This document shows positions 1 through 16,991 of a DNA stretch of 64,000 nucleotides, one piece after another. The position numbers and the translations under genes were made by a program. The notes beneath the pieces were generated by a model. The model was not told where the DNA came from. It ran no database searches and saw only the letters and a program-made list of their open reading frames with translations. This DNA is from Tubiluchus corallicola (lineage: Eukaryota; Animalia; Priapulida), in contig JAQGDQ010000281.1 in assembly GCA_030141605.1 (NCBI GenBank), forward strand, positions 239,465-303,464. Reading direction: 5' to 3'. Position 1 is the first letter of the stretch; every line of letters begins with the position of its first letter.

Positions 1-2140
<2,140 letters not shown>

Positions 2141-5100
2141 CCACCACTAGCTGAATTAGTGGTTTATCAAATAAAGAAAAACAGTTACGCAATGTCACAT
2201 ACTTACTACTGTCAGCTTGTGGGAGATTAACGCTAGCTTTAGGTTTTAAAATCTTCCAGTGACTAAACTGAGACAACCTGGTTATGGTTGCAACCTACGT
2301 CAGAATGTAACGAAAGCTAGCCCATTATGTGCAATCTTCATTCATGTATAGTTAGATGTCATAACCTGTATATATTCACAATATCTGCGTTTTACGAAAA
2401 AGTGCCTCGCCGCTGAATGAATTTTATGTTTGCCTATTTATGCTGGCGAACTTGAGCAATTCTTCGGGGGATTTGAAAGCCGTTAGCATTGATAGCGAAC
2501 AGATAAGTTTTCCTGATGCACATTGATTTGAAGGAAAGCTGATCTTAGGTAAACGTGCGGGGCATGAAACCAGCACAGGGTGCCCGCTTTATCGGAAACG
2601 GCGAACGCTAACAGATTAAAACTAAAGGGCACTCATTAGAGGTGATGGCACGAGGGTTGACATCATGATACGGGGTTAAGATGATAATGACGATGGTGAT
2701 GTTTACGCTGACGGTGATAGTGACTTGAATGAAGGTGCTGCTGAAACAGAATTAGGAGCTGTTCATTTTCTAGTTCCAAACAAAAAATGCATAAAAAGAG
2801 ACGTGTTTTTTCAAACTGTCGCATGTCCGTAAATCTGTCGAGTACTAACAACGATGGCGACAACGATGAAAGTGTTGATACATTGTTGTTGTTGATGGAG
2901 ATGACGATCAAGCGACGACGATTATTTAGGTAATAATTAATGTGGCTGTGGTAACGGGATCGAAGATACAAAATCACTCCAATAGCAGTTATAATAATAA
3001 TAATGACGGTGGAATCAATAGTGATATTGAAGATGGCGATAGTATGATTGCAAAGATGACGACGTCCTTTCTTGAACACAAAACCTAAAATAAATTTAGT
3101 AGAAGAATTAGTGTTGGAACTCACTGTGAGCAACCTATTGTCATAGTTTGTCACATTCTGCAAGCATTTGCGCGGCAACAAGAAGAAGGGCAATAATTGT
3201 TATTCAAGACAACGCAAAGCAAAGAAATGCAATTGAGTGGAGACCTACTACACACTGCAACTTGCATCGACTTTTTATTACTACAAACTAGGCTTAGTTC
3301 AATCAATGAACTTTGTTTACCAAAATGTCAAAAGTCTGTAAAACCGTGGAGAATAGAGAATTTGTCAGGAAATAATATTATCCCTCTGATTTACTACTCC
3401 ATCTGTCTGCAATAAGAAAATAACATTTACTTGCTTTAGATCTGGTTGCAGTCTAGTAGAAATTAGCTAGTAGCAAGTGACAGTAACTAAAAGCAGCAGT
3501 ATTGTGAACCAAGAAGCAGGGGCTGCACTTTAGTATCATTAACTGCTAGACAGCTGTTCATAAAGTTTCATCACCTTCCTTCTCTGACGCGTATGCGTTC
3601 TCCATGACTGGATAGTTCATTTTTTCATTACCTTGGCATTTTTTTTCTTTTTCTAAATATGAGCTAAGGTGATAACGTAATCAGTAGCAACACAAGAATG
3701 CAACTGAATGCAAACTGTCTGTTTCAAAGATGTTTCTTTTAAAGATGAAATAAACTCAGAATAGCGTATATTGTAATTGTGGATTTATTCTGTTATTTAA
3801 ACGAAGGTACTGAATTAGCTTACGATTATTTCAAAATGGATGCTCTGCTACGCATTATCAGCAGCACCATTTCTGAAAATACTAATCGATAATTGACAAT
3901 TCAGAGTGGGCGCCAGTTCAGAGATAATTTATGACAATTATCTTTACTAATGAACAAGATTCCGGTCCCACCAGTATTGTTGTTGAATGCTGGAATCCGA
4001 CTTGCATTGCGTTGAACTGCACACAAAAACATTCAGAAAAAGACGCATCGAGACTGACATTGATCAGCAACATACGCTACGGAAAGCGGCTGACCAATTA
4101 CTGGCATAAAGCAGCTGATAAATTGGCTAAATATTTGATTAATAAAACGATTTCTCATGCCAGAGCAGATCTGTCTTGGAGAGGCAGGCATTATTTCCGG
4201 GTTTCAGCAAATATTGTTAAGGTCACATTTCCAGGAAAACTTGCTGAAGTAGACCAGGCAAGTCTTAACCAGATTTCGCATGTTATGAATAGCATCGTTT
4301 TAAGATGGTGAGTCACTACTACTCTAAAAAAGAATGAACTACTTGTTGAATACTTAGCTGAAAGCATGATTATCCAACAAAAGGTATCCACAAAATATTA
4401 GGAAACTATCCAGCTTTAGTTACCTAATTAGATACAGTTTTTGAGCTGTAAGTGACATTTGACCTTGAAGTACTTTTACAGAAGATCACCAAGATTGCGC
4501 AAAATCACGCCTTATACCTTGCACCGCGAAAGCTACTCATGTTTAACAGCCCAATTTGTAGTTTTTGATTTGCAATTGACGTTTGGCCTCGAATACTCAA
4601 ACTGCCGGTGTAAGAAATGCAAGTTTTGCTACAGATTTTGCTTTAACTCTGACGTTAGATCTGTCTTTGATCTGGCCTTTCGTCTTGAAGTACTCACTCA
4701 CTGTTAATTCCACTAACATCTACTTCCAACCTTATACATCCAGTTGCCTAAGTTTGGTTGTTCAACTTCTTACATTGAGTTTTTGAGTTGAAAATGACCT
4801 TTGTTTTTCAACCACCCTATTAAGGCCTATTAAGGCCATTAACTGCCCCACTAAAATCTCTCTCTTGTTAGGCTGCAGAAATACACTGAGTTTGGTTGCC
4901 TAAGACATTACAGTTTGTAAGTTGAAAGCTTGTTGTAGTTTTGTTGACTGACAAGCTCACATTGCAACTGTGAAGCCTAAATATAAAAAAACTAACCTAA
5001 CTGTCTACATATTTCTATTGAAACGTCTAAAAACAGGTGCATCCTTCTCTTATGAACCGCGAGCTCTGCTTCTCTATTGCATCCACGTTGTCGCCAGTCA

Positions 5101-7644
5101 TGTAGTGGGTCCCTTTTCGGGTTAGTTTGAAAGAAAAATTGAATTCTAGTGAAGCTGGTAATTGTTAAGTAAAAAAAGAATTGAAATTATGTATTGAAAT
5201 AAGCTGCAAAGTGCAAGCATTATGTATGCAGATTATAGAAAAGTAAAAGCAGCATGGTGAAGCCCAGGCACGGCAATCAGCAACTGCAGGTCGAAAACAA
5301 GGCTTGTTACTTAACAAGGACAGGCCCTGATTTCACACATTCCGGATCGTCCGTTGTCGTATATTACGGTTGTGTATGCCGTTTATGGGAGTACTGCGCT
5401 TAACATAAAAAGCTCAATTTCACCGCAACAGAACTCATCCGCTTTATAAACTTAGTCCGATCAAATTTCGAATCATAAAAGAAGCTATAATCCTCTCTGC
5501 AAGCTTGCATATAGACGCAACGCGTTTATAGGATTATGGACGCATATGCGACAAAACTCATTGGTTTATTTTTCGTTTGACGACTTTCTTTTCTTTCACT
5601 TGTTTTTATCACACATTTGTAGAATGAATTTAGCTAGGATATTGCCATAGCAAAATCTTCTTGAATATTTATAAATGCTATCATGCCCCACGTTTCGCTT
5701 GAGAATCGCAAAGTATGCAAGCTCGTTATTTTTTTTACTTTTACTTGTTTATTTATGTTCAGTAATATTGGTTAGTTAATTAACTATTTATTTTTCACTT
5801 ACCATTCATTTATGTACTTTTTGTAAATAAACAAACAAGAAATAAACAAACACACAAGCAAATAAACAAACAGGCAAATAAATAAACAAACAAACGTAAG
5901 TAAATAAATAAATACATCTTATTAATTTTATAAGTGAAACGAATGGGTGAATTGACTTTATTTGACTGACTCAATGTGCAAACCGTTACAATTTTCCAAA
6001 TTCCTAAAACTCTAAGAAAACATTTCATGACTGTGGTTCTGGCACTGCATCCCTCTTCAGTCGGATCTTATTACGGTAATTTCATTTCTAACAAAGCAGC
6101 AGTCACTACTGATTAAAGTAGCTTAGCTTTAAGATGACTACGGGAGCACTTTAATTTACTCAGCTCTGTTTTTACGTCCCCCATTCAACGTACCAGAGAT
6201 TACTTAGCAAAAGGATTTACGACCTGAAGCCACTTAGAAGGAGAAACTGCATCAGTTCCGAGGAGGATTAAAACTCCGAGTGACAATGACATGGAAAAAC
6301 AGATATAAATATGTAGCTGCAAGTAGTGCAGAAATGTCTTCTTCACTTTTTGATCTTTGGTGCTTATGTTTTTTCTAAGTTTTAGCAGTTATTGATCGAT
6401 AGCGAATATAAAGCCATCATCAAGAAAAGGTTTCCGATTATATTAGGAAAGTGTGTTCAAGAAATATATTATGCTCTGAATGAAACATGGAAACAATTTT
6501 GTGAGGCACCACAGGTTCATTTTGACCGAATTGTTATCCGTCGTTATTACTAAAGCATATTTGGAGCCTTGGCAAGCATTACTATTGTGTTTCATTTCTC
6601 GCATGATACAATAAAGTTTTTTGTTACAAAAAACCGACAAACCCACAGTACTGCTACTGTATATAGTGTACGTGAAGGCTACATTTGCGCATTTTCAGCT
6701 TTCATGGTGGCGCAAGTGATGTATAGGTGGCCCTATTTCTTAATGTACGATGTCCTACACGACTGTATGTATGTATGTATCACGAGAAATGATATGTATA
6801 AGGACATCACAGAAAATTTTAAGTTTAATAATAACTGTAGTTTGACTCTTCGGAAAGAGTCATGATTTTGATCTCCTGTGATGTCCTTTTGATTTCTCAT
6901 GACTTTGAGACTGTAAAAAGCCGACTGAAATAATTTTACACATTCAAGAAATGTCTTTGTGTTTCAACAGACGAAAGTTCAATCAAAATCTTAAATGTGT
7001 ACCGCAGTTTATTGGTATATAAACACAGTAAAGGACTTCTGTCCAGCTACGATGAATTAAATTCATTGTAACAGCTAGTGTAAGAAGTCGATTTAAATCC
7101 AGTCTTCACAATGAGCTCTCTCTATTTGTTTACTTTGAAATGATTCAACTTAAGCGTTCAAATAGTAGGAATGCTTTTATGAAAACAGATGTCTACGCGT
7201 TGTTCAATGAACAAGGATAGAAATGCCTATGAGGATAAGAAAGAAAAGAACAGGAACTTGAAGGAGGGTAAATGTAGATATCAATTAGTAGCTGAAGTGG
7301 GGCTTTCTGTCACGGCATTTGATTGAGATTTGTAGCCTTAAAGGGGAAGAAAGGAGGATTTTAAGGTATATCCAAAAAACTTTCAATACAAAGTTATATT
7401 ACTATGCATTACGCTTACTCGTTTGAAAAACTTGTGTAACTAGAAAAGAAAATTCTTATTAATTTAAAATGTTGGCGCCAATTGGTAAAACGCCATTGAC
7501 TCACCTTCCCAGTGCACACCGCTGACTCACCGAAAAACACATTATTAATCTTAATGACAAAATAAAGTAATTTTTATTGTTGCTAGTTAGCAAAGTGTGC
7601 GCTACGAATGCTCTGATTATTTCGTCGAACTCTACCCATTATTA

Positions 7645-7863
7645 AGTGGCGTTTGCGTAGCATGCGGATGCGGTACGTTTTCCACCCGTGGAACAGCCTC
7701 CGGGAAAAAATCAATAAGAAATAGTTACAAAAAACGAAAACGCAGGAAAGGAAATATGCAGGCTGCATAAACGGGTGCATTGAAAACAATATAAACTGAT
7801 TTTATCCATTCTGCGCCCGCCAAACACATCCGTACCTGCAGGCTACAAAAAAAAACCGCCACT
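7645..7863. mobile_element. PIF/Harbinger-type MITE
   Basis: Imperfect TIRs AGTGGCGTTT..GTAGC / GCTAC..AAAACCGCCACT, flanked by a TTA duplication (7642-44, 7864-66). Confidence 0.65.
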
Positions 7864-9555
7864 TTAGCTGAACCGACTGAACTTTAGTTGAGGGTCGTCT
7901 CAAACGACCTACCGTCAAAGTATCTTTTCATACTTTTTATACTTTATTTATGAAGAGTGTTTTCTTGTACACGAATTGCCCGTGGCTGGACCTTAACTTG
8001 TAAAAAAAATTCCACCTGAAAACGTATGGAGGGTTTTAATACTACTATACCTTGAATCATTAACTTACATAAAATACGAATTCTCCAACCTTTCAAGAGA
8101 ACCCAAAGGCTTCTTAATTCCGCTTGACAAGTTAACCATCAAGAAAGTCAGCAAAACCGAGCTGTTTTAGTATGCGCTCTAAATTTTCTGATCAGCCGCA
8201 GAAGTTTTACTATGTGCAAGGGCATCGAGCGCAATGGTAAACTGGTGACGGTTGTCCCAATTAAGATATAACTGTGGTGGCGGTACCTCATTTCCTTGGC
8301 TTCCCTATCATTGTCCTGAATTTTGTGGGCTGCGAATGAAGTGAAATTGTGAATTTTAAGAGTAATTTCCCGTAAATTAGTGCGGAAACGCAACATACTT
8401 CTTTCATTTCTGCAATACTTGGATTTCCATAGCTGACACTATTGCTTTTGCTATCAGGTGACGCGTAGAATAAATAAAAATATTACTAACCTACTATTGT
8501 ACGGTCATGTCTAAAGTGTCTGGAATATTTTCTCTTAAAATGTTGTGATTGAAGCAAAGAAATAGTGATTTCACGGTTCACTATGTCTTATCCCGCGTAT
8601 AATTCGATCAGACAAGCTGATAGTTGATAACAAATCGAGGAGTTTATTGGAGTGGATAACCTCGTTAATTTAGTAAATCAATTAATGATGTGGTTTCGTT
8701 AATAAAGTGCGAAACATAAATGATTAAGGTTTCAGGAAAACACCGACGGCTGAATACATGATTGTATATCAAACTAATACATGTGTTGTTTTAAAGTACA
8801 AACATGCAAATCATTCTGGGTTTTCATTATAATTACTAACGTGGTAAACGTGTAATTAGCTTTAACTTTATTTACTTAAAGTGGTTTTACAAAGCAGACA
8901 CGGGTATTTCCACGTGCATGTGCTACGTACAAGATGAATGCATTAGATAACAAAATAGCTAATTACAACTACAACTAATCTCCCGTACTGCGTTGAATTT
9001 GCAGAGAACTGTATACAACACCACACACCTATTATAAATATGTACAGTTATACAATCTAGCCGAGAATACGCGAATATCTCATGTATTCGAAAAAAAAAC
9101 TATTGAATAAGAGCTTTGTGCAAAATCATAACACGTAATTTTGGGGTCGTCAATTGAATTCCGAATAAAATTCTGAAGTCATCTTTAAAATGAGAAAAAC
9201 TGACTGTACATCTATTACTAAAAATTTTATATGCCCGACCATTACTTTATCTAACAAATCGTTAAACGCGTAAATTATAACGCTGCTCATTGGTACTCTG
9301 GCTTCATCTCAATGATTTTTATAGCAGCATTATTAAAAAATAATTTACTAACAATTATTTAACAAAAGTGTACCATTGTGATTATGAGTTACCGGAGCAC
9401 AATAGGGTATCGCAACACTAACGAATATTTCAAATTCGGTCACATAGAGCACAGATTAAAACTTCAAGCGTTTTTGATTCGAAAGCACACTGGGATAATT
9501 GGTTATATAATGCACACCTTACATATATAATGATAATGTAATGATGCAAGTTATG

Positions 9556-9811
9556 CAGTTAACTTAGGATATAAGGGACACCTGCAGACCGGAAAGAGCC
9601 GTCCCTTATATCAGATGTCCCTTATAACTGCAATAGAGCCGAATCTAATCTGCGTTCATTATGCGCCCTCTATCCATTTCCTAGTTCAGTAGCCTGGTTA
9701 TTGCTGCTCTTTATATCGTGGTTCTGCCCATTGTAGATGGCGCTAGTCAAGTTTAAGGATGAAAAGCGATTGTCCCTTATAAGTGAGTACCTTATGCTCC
9801 GAGGTTATCTG
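9556..9811. mobile_element. pogo/Tigger-type MITE
   Basis: TIRs CAGTTAACTTAGGATATAAGG / CCTTATGCTCCGAGGTTATCTG, internal TGTCCCTTATA subterminal repeats, TA on the right side. Confidence 0.7.
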
Positions 9812-10158
9812 TATATTCAACCTAACCACATATGTTCGTTTTACATCTTTTAATATAAGTAGCACTGCCTTACAGAAGTAGTTTAGGACTATTTGAAATA
9901 CTTGATGGCCACTTATGGAATAACGCTATGGTCCAGCAACGATCGCCTGGTTCTCACGTGTATGTGATACTAAGCCCACTTGTGATTATTACTAGAAAAC
10001 CACTTAGCCTAAATCATAAAATCTCCACTCATAATGTGTGACAAAACTCTTATTTTGTGACGTCATAAAAGTGATTGGGTACCAAACAGGAAGAAATCAC
10101 TGATGTCATCAAACCTGGTATTGTTGATATTGTTTACATTTGTGACAGCTGCGGTCTT

Positions 10159-10238
10159 AATCGGGTAGCCGAGTGGTTAAGGTAACGGACTGTGGGTGCT
10201 TCTCTACTTATAGCCCGAGTTCGAATCTCACGACCACC
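10159..10238 (+). pseudogene. Degenerate tRNA-like sequence (tRNA pseudogene or tRNA-derived SINE head)
   Basis: A-box TAGCCGAGTGGTTAAGG and B-box GAGTTCGAATCTC at tRNA-Ser/Leu-like spacing. Acceptor, anticodon and T stems do not pair properly. Confidence 0.6.
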
Positions 10239-10685
10239 TGTATTGGCAAACAGTTGTTATCTGTCTTATCTATTTGTGGCGTCTCACAATGTTGTTGTAT
10301 TCCTTATAGTAGCTTATAGTAGATTCCGCTTATAGTAGCCTATGGCTAATGTTGTCTGCTGCCCCAGCGACTGTTTTGTCCGTTTGTCTTATCTGTGATG
10401 TCACATGTACTGTGTGACGTCACTGAATTTCTTTAGACTTTTTGACGTTCTTGATGCAGTGCAGACTGTCTGAAATACCTGACGGCACTAAGATTTAAAG
10501 TAGCCTAGATTCAGACCTTCGATGAGCAAAAGATTGTCTGGTTGACTTAAGTCAGAGGGATATAGGAATGTCTTCATAGATACTGTGATGTCATTTATTA
10601 CTCTTATGACGTCATCAGTGCTAAACTGAATTATCCAGACTGTACCACATCTTCAACATCACAGGAGTTTGAATGTATCACCTAC

Positions 10686-11175
10686 CCATTCTCCAGCAGA
10701 TACTTTGTCATCCTTATTTTCATCAGCGTCTACTTTTAAACTGTGCCAAATTTCTCTGAAAAGTTCTTCACTCTGTCTATCATTTTCTCCACCTTCCTCC
10801 CAACCATTGATTTTGCAAATTTTCTGGAAAGAAAACCAGTGCGAAAAAAATTAAGAATGAGATTTTGAGACCGCAAAAACAATGAAAAAGCTCACGTAAT
10901 TATTTAAAGAAAAACTTTATAAAAATCAATGTGATATATAAGTTGACAAGATAGTGGAAACAAAGAGTAAATATAGTTTCATAATAAACAAGGGTTTTGC
11001 TTAAAAGTAGCTATCATTAACTTAATTTAATGTGTTATTGTTATGATAACTGTGTATAATGTCATTTAGAGTGATGTGAAATGACATGTGAATGCAGTAA
11101 TTAATAATAAAAGAACAATACTTCTACTACTGCTGCTGCTGCTATTGTTACTACTACTACTACTACCACCACCAT

Positions 11176-11209
<34 letters not shown>

Positions 11210-14200
11210 GCCGCCACCACCACCACCACCACCACCACTACAGGTGCGCTATTGCCGAGAGTGCCTTATTGCAGTTTTAAGGCAGGTGAGAATTATGATA
11301 ACAATTCTTTTATTTACAAAAAGGTATAGCACTGTGGCAATATGATTTGCAGAAAATGATAGAAATACGAATCTCGAGATGAATAATGATGACCTTCCCT
11401 GCTATAATACAAGATTAAATTAGTAGGCACAGTCGTGATAACAATCTTTATAAAGGCCCTTGGTCTGTGCTGTGTTACAACTAATTACGCGCATCTGGTG
11501 CACACGATTCTTCGTAGTAATCTCGCCTAGCCTTGAAGAAAAAAGCTGCAATTGTAGTTTTTGTTGTTCAGTATTAGACTTGCATTCGTAATCACGAATA
11601 CTTCATTGAATAATACTTTCCTGGCCAGTATAGTAGTAGGAAAAGAGAAGACCATTACATTTGCTATAGCAGGAGAACCAGGAAAAGAAGCAAAGTTCTT
11701 CTTATCTTTTTAAAAATATTCGAATCTTTGTTACATGCAAAAAGACTGTTTAACTATTGGAAGCGTTCAACTAATATAAAGTATTATTTACACGATTTTC
11801 GTATTGCTTTAGGTTTCCAGAATTTGTATTTCTGTTCCTTTATTTATTAAGCAGCTTTGTTGTCATTAGAAAGAAAATTTAGTTTAGTTTATTATAAACC
11901 AAATAAAAAGTAAACAATATACATTAAGATATAAACATATACATACACATGTATACATCACATAAAAACGCACAATACACCTTAAAATATGTACATGCAT
12001 ACACCTTAAAATATGTACATGTATAAAAAGCAACCTAATAACGAGGGGCGGTGTGAGGGAGACGCAAACTATGTATGCTTTTTAGATGTACCCATTAAAT
12101 ACTAGGAATGCATTTAGATTAACATAATTTAATCGACCATGTACTATGGAACAATTAGGTGAGCTGGCTGTCTATCATTGCCTTAATAAATATGTAGTAG
12201 CAATTTCTCAATGATCTTAGTACTGTAGTTAATGATAAAAATGGCAGTACATTACCACTAGTTTTATTTATTTGATTTAGTTTTATTACCCGAGAACAAC
12301 AAATTTGAATTGAATAAAACGGATGCTAAATGTTTATTTTTGTTGTCTCAGGTGTCACAAACAAACAAGTGGATGCGGTGTAAAACTAAAGCAACACGTA
12401 AATTTTTATCAATGCCTCTTTTGTGAGCATGTGAAAGATTTCGCTGGGACGCTAACATTATGTAGACATCGGAGGATCTCTCCTGTTAACAATTATGCAT
12501 TTGCCACAGTGATTTGTAAAAAAAGCATTTTTCGATATTATGATAATTCAGAATTAATGCGACTTTTTAATACAACAGCAGTGTAACTGAAGTCGTGAAT
12601 GTGCCAAAATATTATGCGCACATTTTAACTACATTTTAACTAGCTTAAATCGTTCTACTTCTGCTCATAGTAAGTACGGTGAGTTAGTTCCAGCATTCCC
12701 ATTTTTCTCGTTTGTACAGAATCGATCATTAAAAAACGCAATTTTTCAATATCCTTAATTTGATCGCTTCCCAACTTTGCGATAATAACAAAGGCAATTT
12801 CTTTTCCCTTGTTTCCCATAAATTGTTGCGCAGTTATTTGCGTTTTCTACAGAGAGCGTCTTAAAAGAAAATCAACTAACTTGGCGGACTAATTTCTCGC
12901 TTATTATTATTTTAACGAAATTAATGGAGGGAAAAAAATTGTGCAAAGTTTGGGAGTGAACATGGTTTACTGGAGGGATACAAAGTTTCAAAGGCACTTA
13001 GTGGTCATGTCGTTGGACCTGTTCTTCAACATCCGTTGTAGGAAACCAGTAAAAAGTGTCTACACAATCAAGTTATTATCAATATATGTTAGGCTTGGTT
13101 AGCAAATAGATGGGTGAGCGCAGTTGGGGGAAACCAATTTTGAGTAGCTCCATCTGCCACACACCACCCTGCTGTTTCTTCTGTTGACAGTCGCTACACA
13201 TCCAAATGTGGCTAAAGACACCTCAACCGATTTAGTGCTCAAGAGACTATCACTGACGATGAAATGGGTTACTGTCTTTCACAACCGTCAATGTTTATAG
13301 ACGTTTATGGATGCCGGTTTTGGTGTGCATCAAATCGCATACTATACAGAAAATCGTCCTTTTTGTGAAAACTGTCTTTAAAAATTCTTGTCAGAGATTT
13401 TGGTTAGAATATGCCAGTATTAGTATTTGCATATCTCACACTACAGCCTACTGATGCTGTGGATTACAATACAATGCATCACTTTTATCTTGCCTGTTGA
13501 TTCTTCGTCTGTCAGTGAGATTTGATAGATGATTTGTAATTTGTAAAACATGACATGAAGTGGCGTCACATGCAAGCTGCTGCTGCCACAGTTACATCTG
13601 CAGGAAGAGGTGCCTAATATATAATATCAAAGTGTCAAATGCAGATGTGGACAAGAATTTATTTCATCAGCGGGCCTTCATATCCAGAAAAGAAAGCGTT
13701 CGGTAATATGTTATGGTGACAGTTGTGTTTGCATTTTATCAGCAAAAGTGTTAAAGTTGAGATACTTTTAAGTCGATCCCGAATGGGTGAGAAAATCTCA
13801 AAATTCAAAACGTTTTACGGAAAATTAACGAAAATCAAAAAGTTGCAAATTTCACTACGGTAAAATAGTTCAGTTAAGTGATAGGTTTTGGGTATTTGTT
13901 ACGGCGATTTTATGCGGCCGGTCTTTGGTCTGACGACGTACTCGTATTTGGATATAACAGTGCGTCGACTTAACATTTTGCACACGGCATTTTTTCGCTC
14001 AACTCTATAGTTACCGACTTGATAAGCCTTTTTCTGTCATTAAACATCAACTAGCAAATTTATTTCTTTATTTCAATCTGCAACGCTTTGACTCTGTGCA
14101 TGTTTGTTTTCGACTAACTGAGTGTTATATTGTAATTTCAGTAATCGACAAAGTTTTCTGAGAAAGAGAAAAGTAACTGTGCCAGTTGTTTGTTAGTTTG

Positions 14201-16951
14201 TAACTGTGACGTCGAAGTTTGGTGGCTAGTTTTATGTAATTCTGTCCAGTTAAAAATGTGCAACCTCGAATGAATCTAATCGAATGAAAATGTGGAAAAA
14301 AACATTACTAGATCGATAGATATCGAACAGCCAAATCCTCACAAAAAGTTATATATATTTAAACATGAAATAATTGTTATCATTCGTGTAGTGGCTTCTG
14401 TCTGACACTTTGACACGTGTCAAGACAATCAGGATTATGAAAGAATTAAAATTCGACGGACATACGTCACTCAGTATGGTTTACAAGCTACACTGCTCGG
14501 ATCTTTGTGGTCAGCAAGCTATTAGGCTTCGTGTTTCTTAATTGTTTCTTTCAAAAATTTAGTAGTATAGAGGACTGTCGATAAGTACTTTAAGGTTAAT
14601 ATATTTGGCAGAATTACATTGACTTGAATAACGACGGACATTTGTTTGTAACGGTTTAGTACCTCAGATTTCAGGAATTTCATTGACAATAGGCCTAGAT
14701 TTCAGACCTGTGACATCATCAATATCAAAAACAGGACCTGCCAATAAGTGCTGGATTCCTACTTCCCGCACGAGGAACCGTTGAAAACATTAATTTTAAT
14801 CGACCTGTCTATATAAACCGAATAAAAGCTTCCAAATTTTGATGTTGTAGAAATTATTCTCCTGAGTAACCTTCTTGTTGTGGGGCCGATTGGTACAGTA
14901 CATAAAATCCTGAGATTGCCACCTAACGCGCGAGTACCCCATCAGTCCTCTACTTGCTTTGGTGATTTCAATTCAAATCCATATAAAATACATTAACCTG
15001 CTTAAATCATCAGAGGCCAAGCAGGTGTGAAGCAGAGTAATGGAAGTATTATTATAGATTATGAGCTGATTCTATCTCCAGTATGATTTTCTTGATTTTA
15101 CAGTATTAACAATTAGCATTTAGCATATTTTATTAAAAAGGCATGCAAAATTGAGAGTGATTGAGTGAGTAGGTGGGGTGTGAGACCTTAGGTCACTATC
15201 CTATAGTATCCTTGCGGGATTGGCTTATATCTACTGACATCAGCATTCCCATAGGAAACGATTGATGTCATTAATCAAGTTACAATAAATTCGATAAACG
15301 TAAGAGAGTTATTACAACTCAAACATGCTAGATGCGTTGTCAATTGTTCATATTAAACTGCTTCGTAGCTATTAGCGAAAGACCAGTTAAATTTGCTGCA
15401 CTTCGTCAATTTGGCTACTCGGTATTTGGCACTCAAAGGCTGTATAAAACAGTTTTATTTAAGTGCTGTAATGCAGTTTTCAGGTAAATATTATTTATAG
15501 GGACATTGTATTATCAATAGAAATTTGCTCCGTAGAGTTTCCTTGTTTGTAAAATTACGCTAAGTGTTAGTTCGAAGAACTGGTTTTCTAAAATAGAATT
15601 GTTGAATGACGCTTACAGTTGTGATTCAAAGTTGCAGTATGCTGTAACAGTTGCCATATAAAAAATGTTGCTAGTGCAAATTGCCGTTTAAAGTTGCCCT
15701 TTGAAATTGTTGGATATTATATCACGAATTTGCGAATAATAACTGCTTCCTATAATAGCCATACCGTTCCCAGAAATTGTAAAAGCAGCCGTGGAGTAGT
15801 TATTGTTTCACTGGGTGTGCCTTATAAGTGCTGCACGACGTTAAGAACTGCGATATAGAAGAGAGACATATACATGTACTACACAAAGCTGCTTCATGTA
15901 ATAATAGTATGCCAAATGTATCTATCATTTCAAGTTGATGAAGCCTTCGTTTTCGATATCGCAGGTTTGAGTTCGAATAACAGTTTTGTCTGAGTGGATA
16001 ACAGTCAGCTCCAATCAACTCCAGCGACTAAGCAATGCCTGGATTGATGTCAATTAGAGAGGCGTTTTTAGGGTCTTCTATCTCACTGAACTGAATCAGA
16101 CTGATTCTCGTTTCTTACTTTTGTTGGAAACACATGGAAAAAAGCGAAAAGCCAAAAAGTACTTGGCCGAGGGTCTCCTGTTATAGAAATGTTCCGACTG
16201 AGTTGCCATTGAAAGTTTTTCATAGTAAAACTTCGAAGCCCTGTAGAAGTAGGTTCGTGATGTTACTATTTCACGTTGTTTCGAAAGTTTGTCACGTACT
16301 GATATTGTAGCATCTTAGAAATTAATCTTGGCACTATACACCTAGACCAATGTCTTTTAATTGAACATGCTGCCGTAAAAGCTCGACTTGTATATTCTTA
16401 GGTACCTCTAGGTATCTAAGTAATGAGACTACTTTTTGCTCATAATTAACTGAGGCTCGCTTTCCGAACAACTTAGCGTACAGTGTGTAGCAGAGGCTTT
16501 ATCCAAACGAATCTCTTAAACTATCAGGTCAGCCCAAGTACTCGTTAAGTAGGTCATCGCATGATTAAAACTTTGCACTTACGTATTTTGTTTTTCACAA
16601 AGACGACGGTTTGTCCGGAGTGTTTTTTTAAACAAGTATAGACTAAAAGTACTTTCTAGATTAATGGCGAAACTCACTATAAACCACTAAGGTTCTTATA
16701 CGTCGGCGAAACTCACTCAGCTTTTCCCACCTAAAAATCATTAAGCTACGATATGTACAATTGTACATTGACATACCTTTCTAGCGAGCTCAAAGTCATG
16801 CACATCTAAGTGACCATCCTTGTTTATATCTAAAAAAATAAACTTCGTTAATACATAGCAGCAACGGTGCAGACAGAAACAACAATAATCAGAAATGTAT
16901 CTTTTTTTAGAAATATCTTTTTCACTTCTCTTTGCAAATTTTCAATACTTT

Positions 16952-16991
<40 letters not shown>

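Noticed and set aside
2663-3193. 176-aa - strand ORF
   Set aside because: Low-complexity GAT/GAC-rich tract with no recognisable domain or splice context.
10159-10238. Functional tRNA gene
   Set aside because: A and B boxes are present but the cloverleaf stems do not pair, so it is kept only as a pseudogene/SINE head.
10630-10660. 'MLKMW' on the - strand, resembling the next calexcitin residues
   Set aside because: Out of frame with exon 3, only about 28 nt from the donor, no AG acceptor, and followed by a stop; treated as coincidence.
11088-11345. Poly-L/poly-P ORF resembling a formin/WASP proline-rich region
   Set aside because: Compound trinucleotide microsatellite inside an intron.
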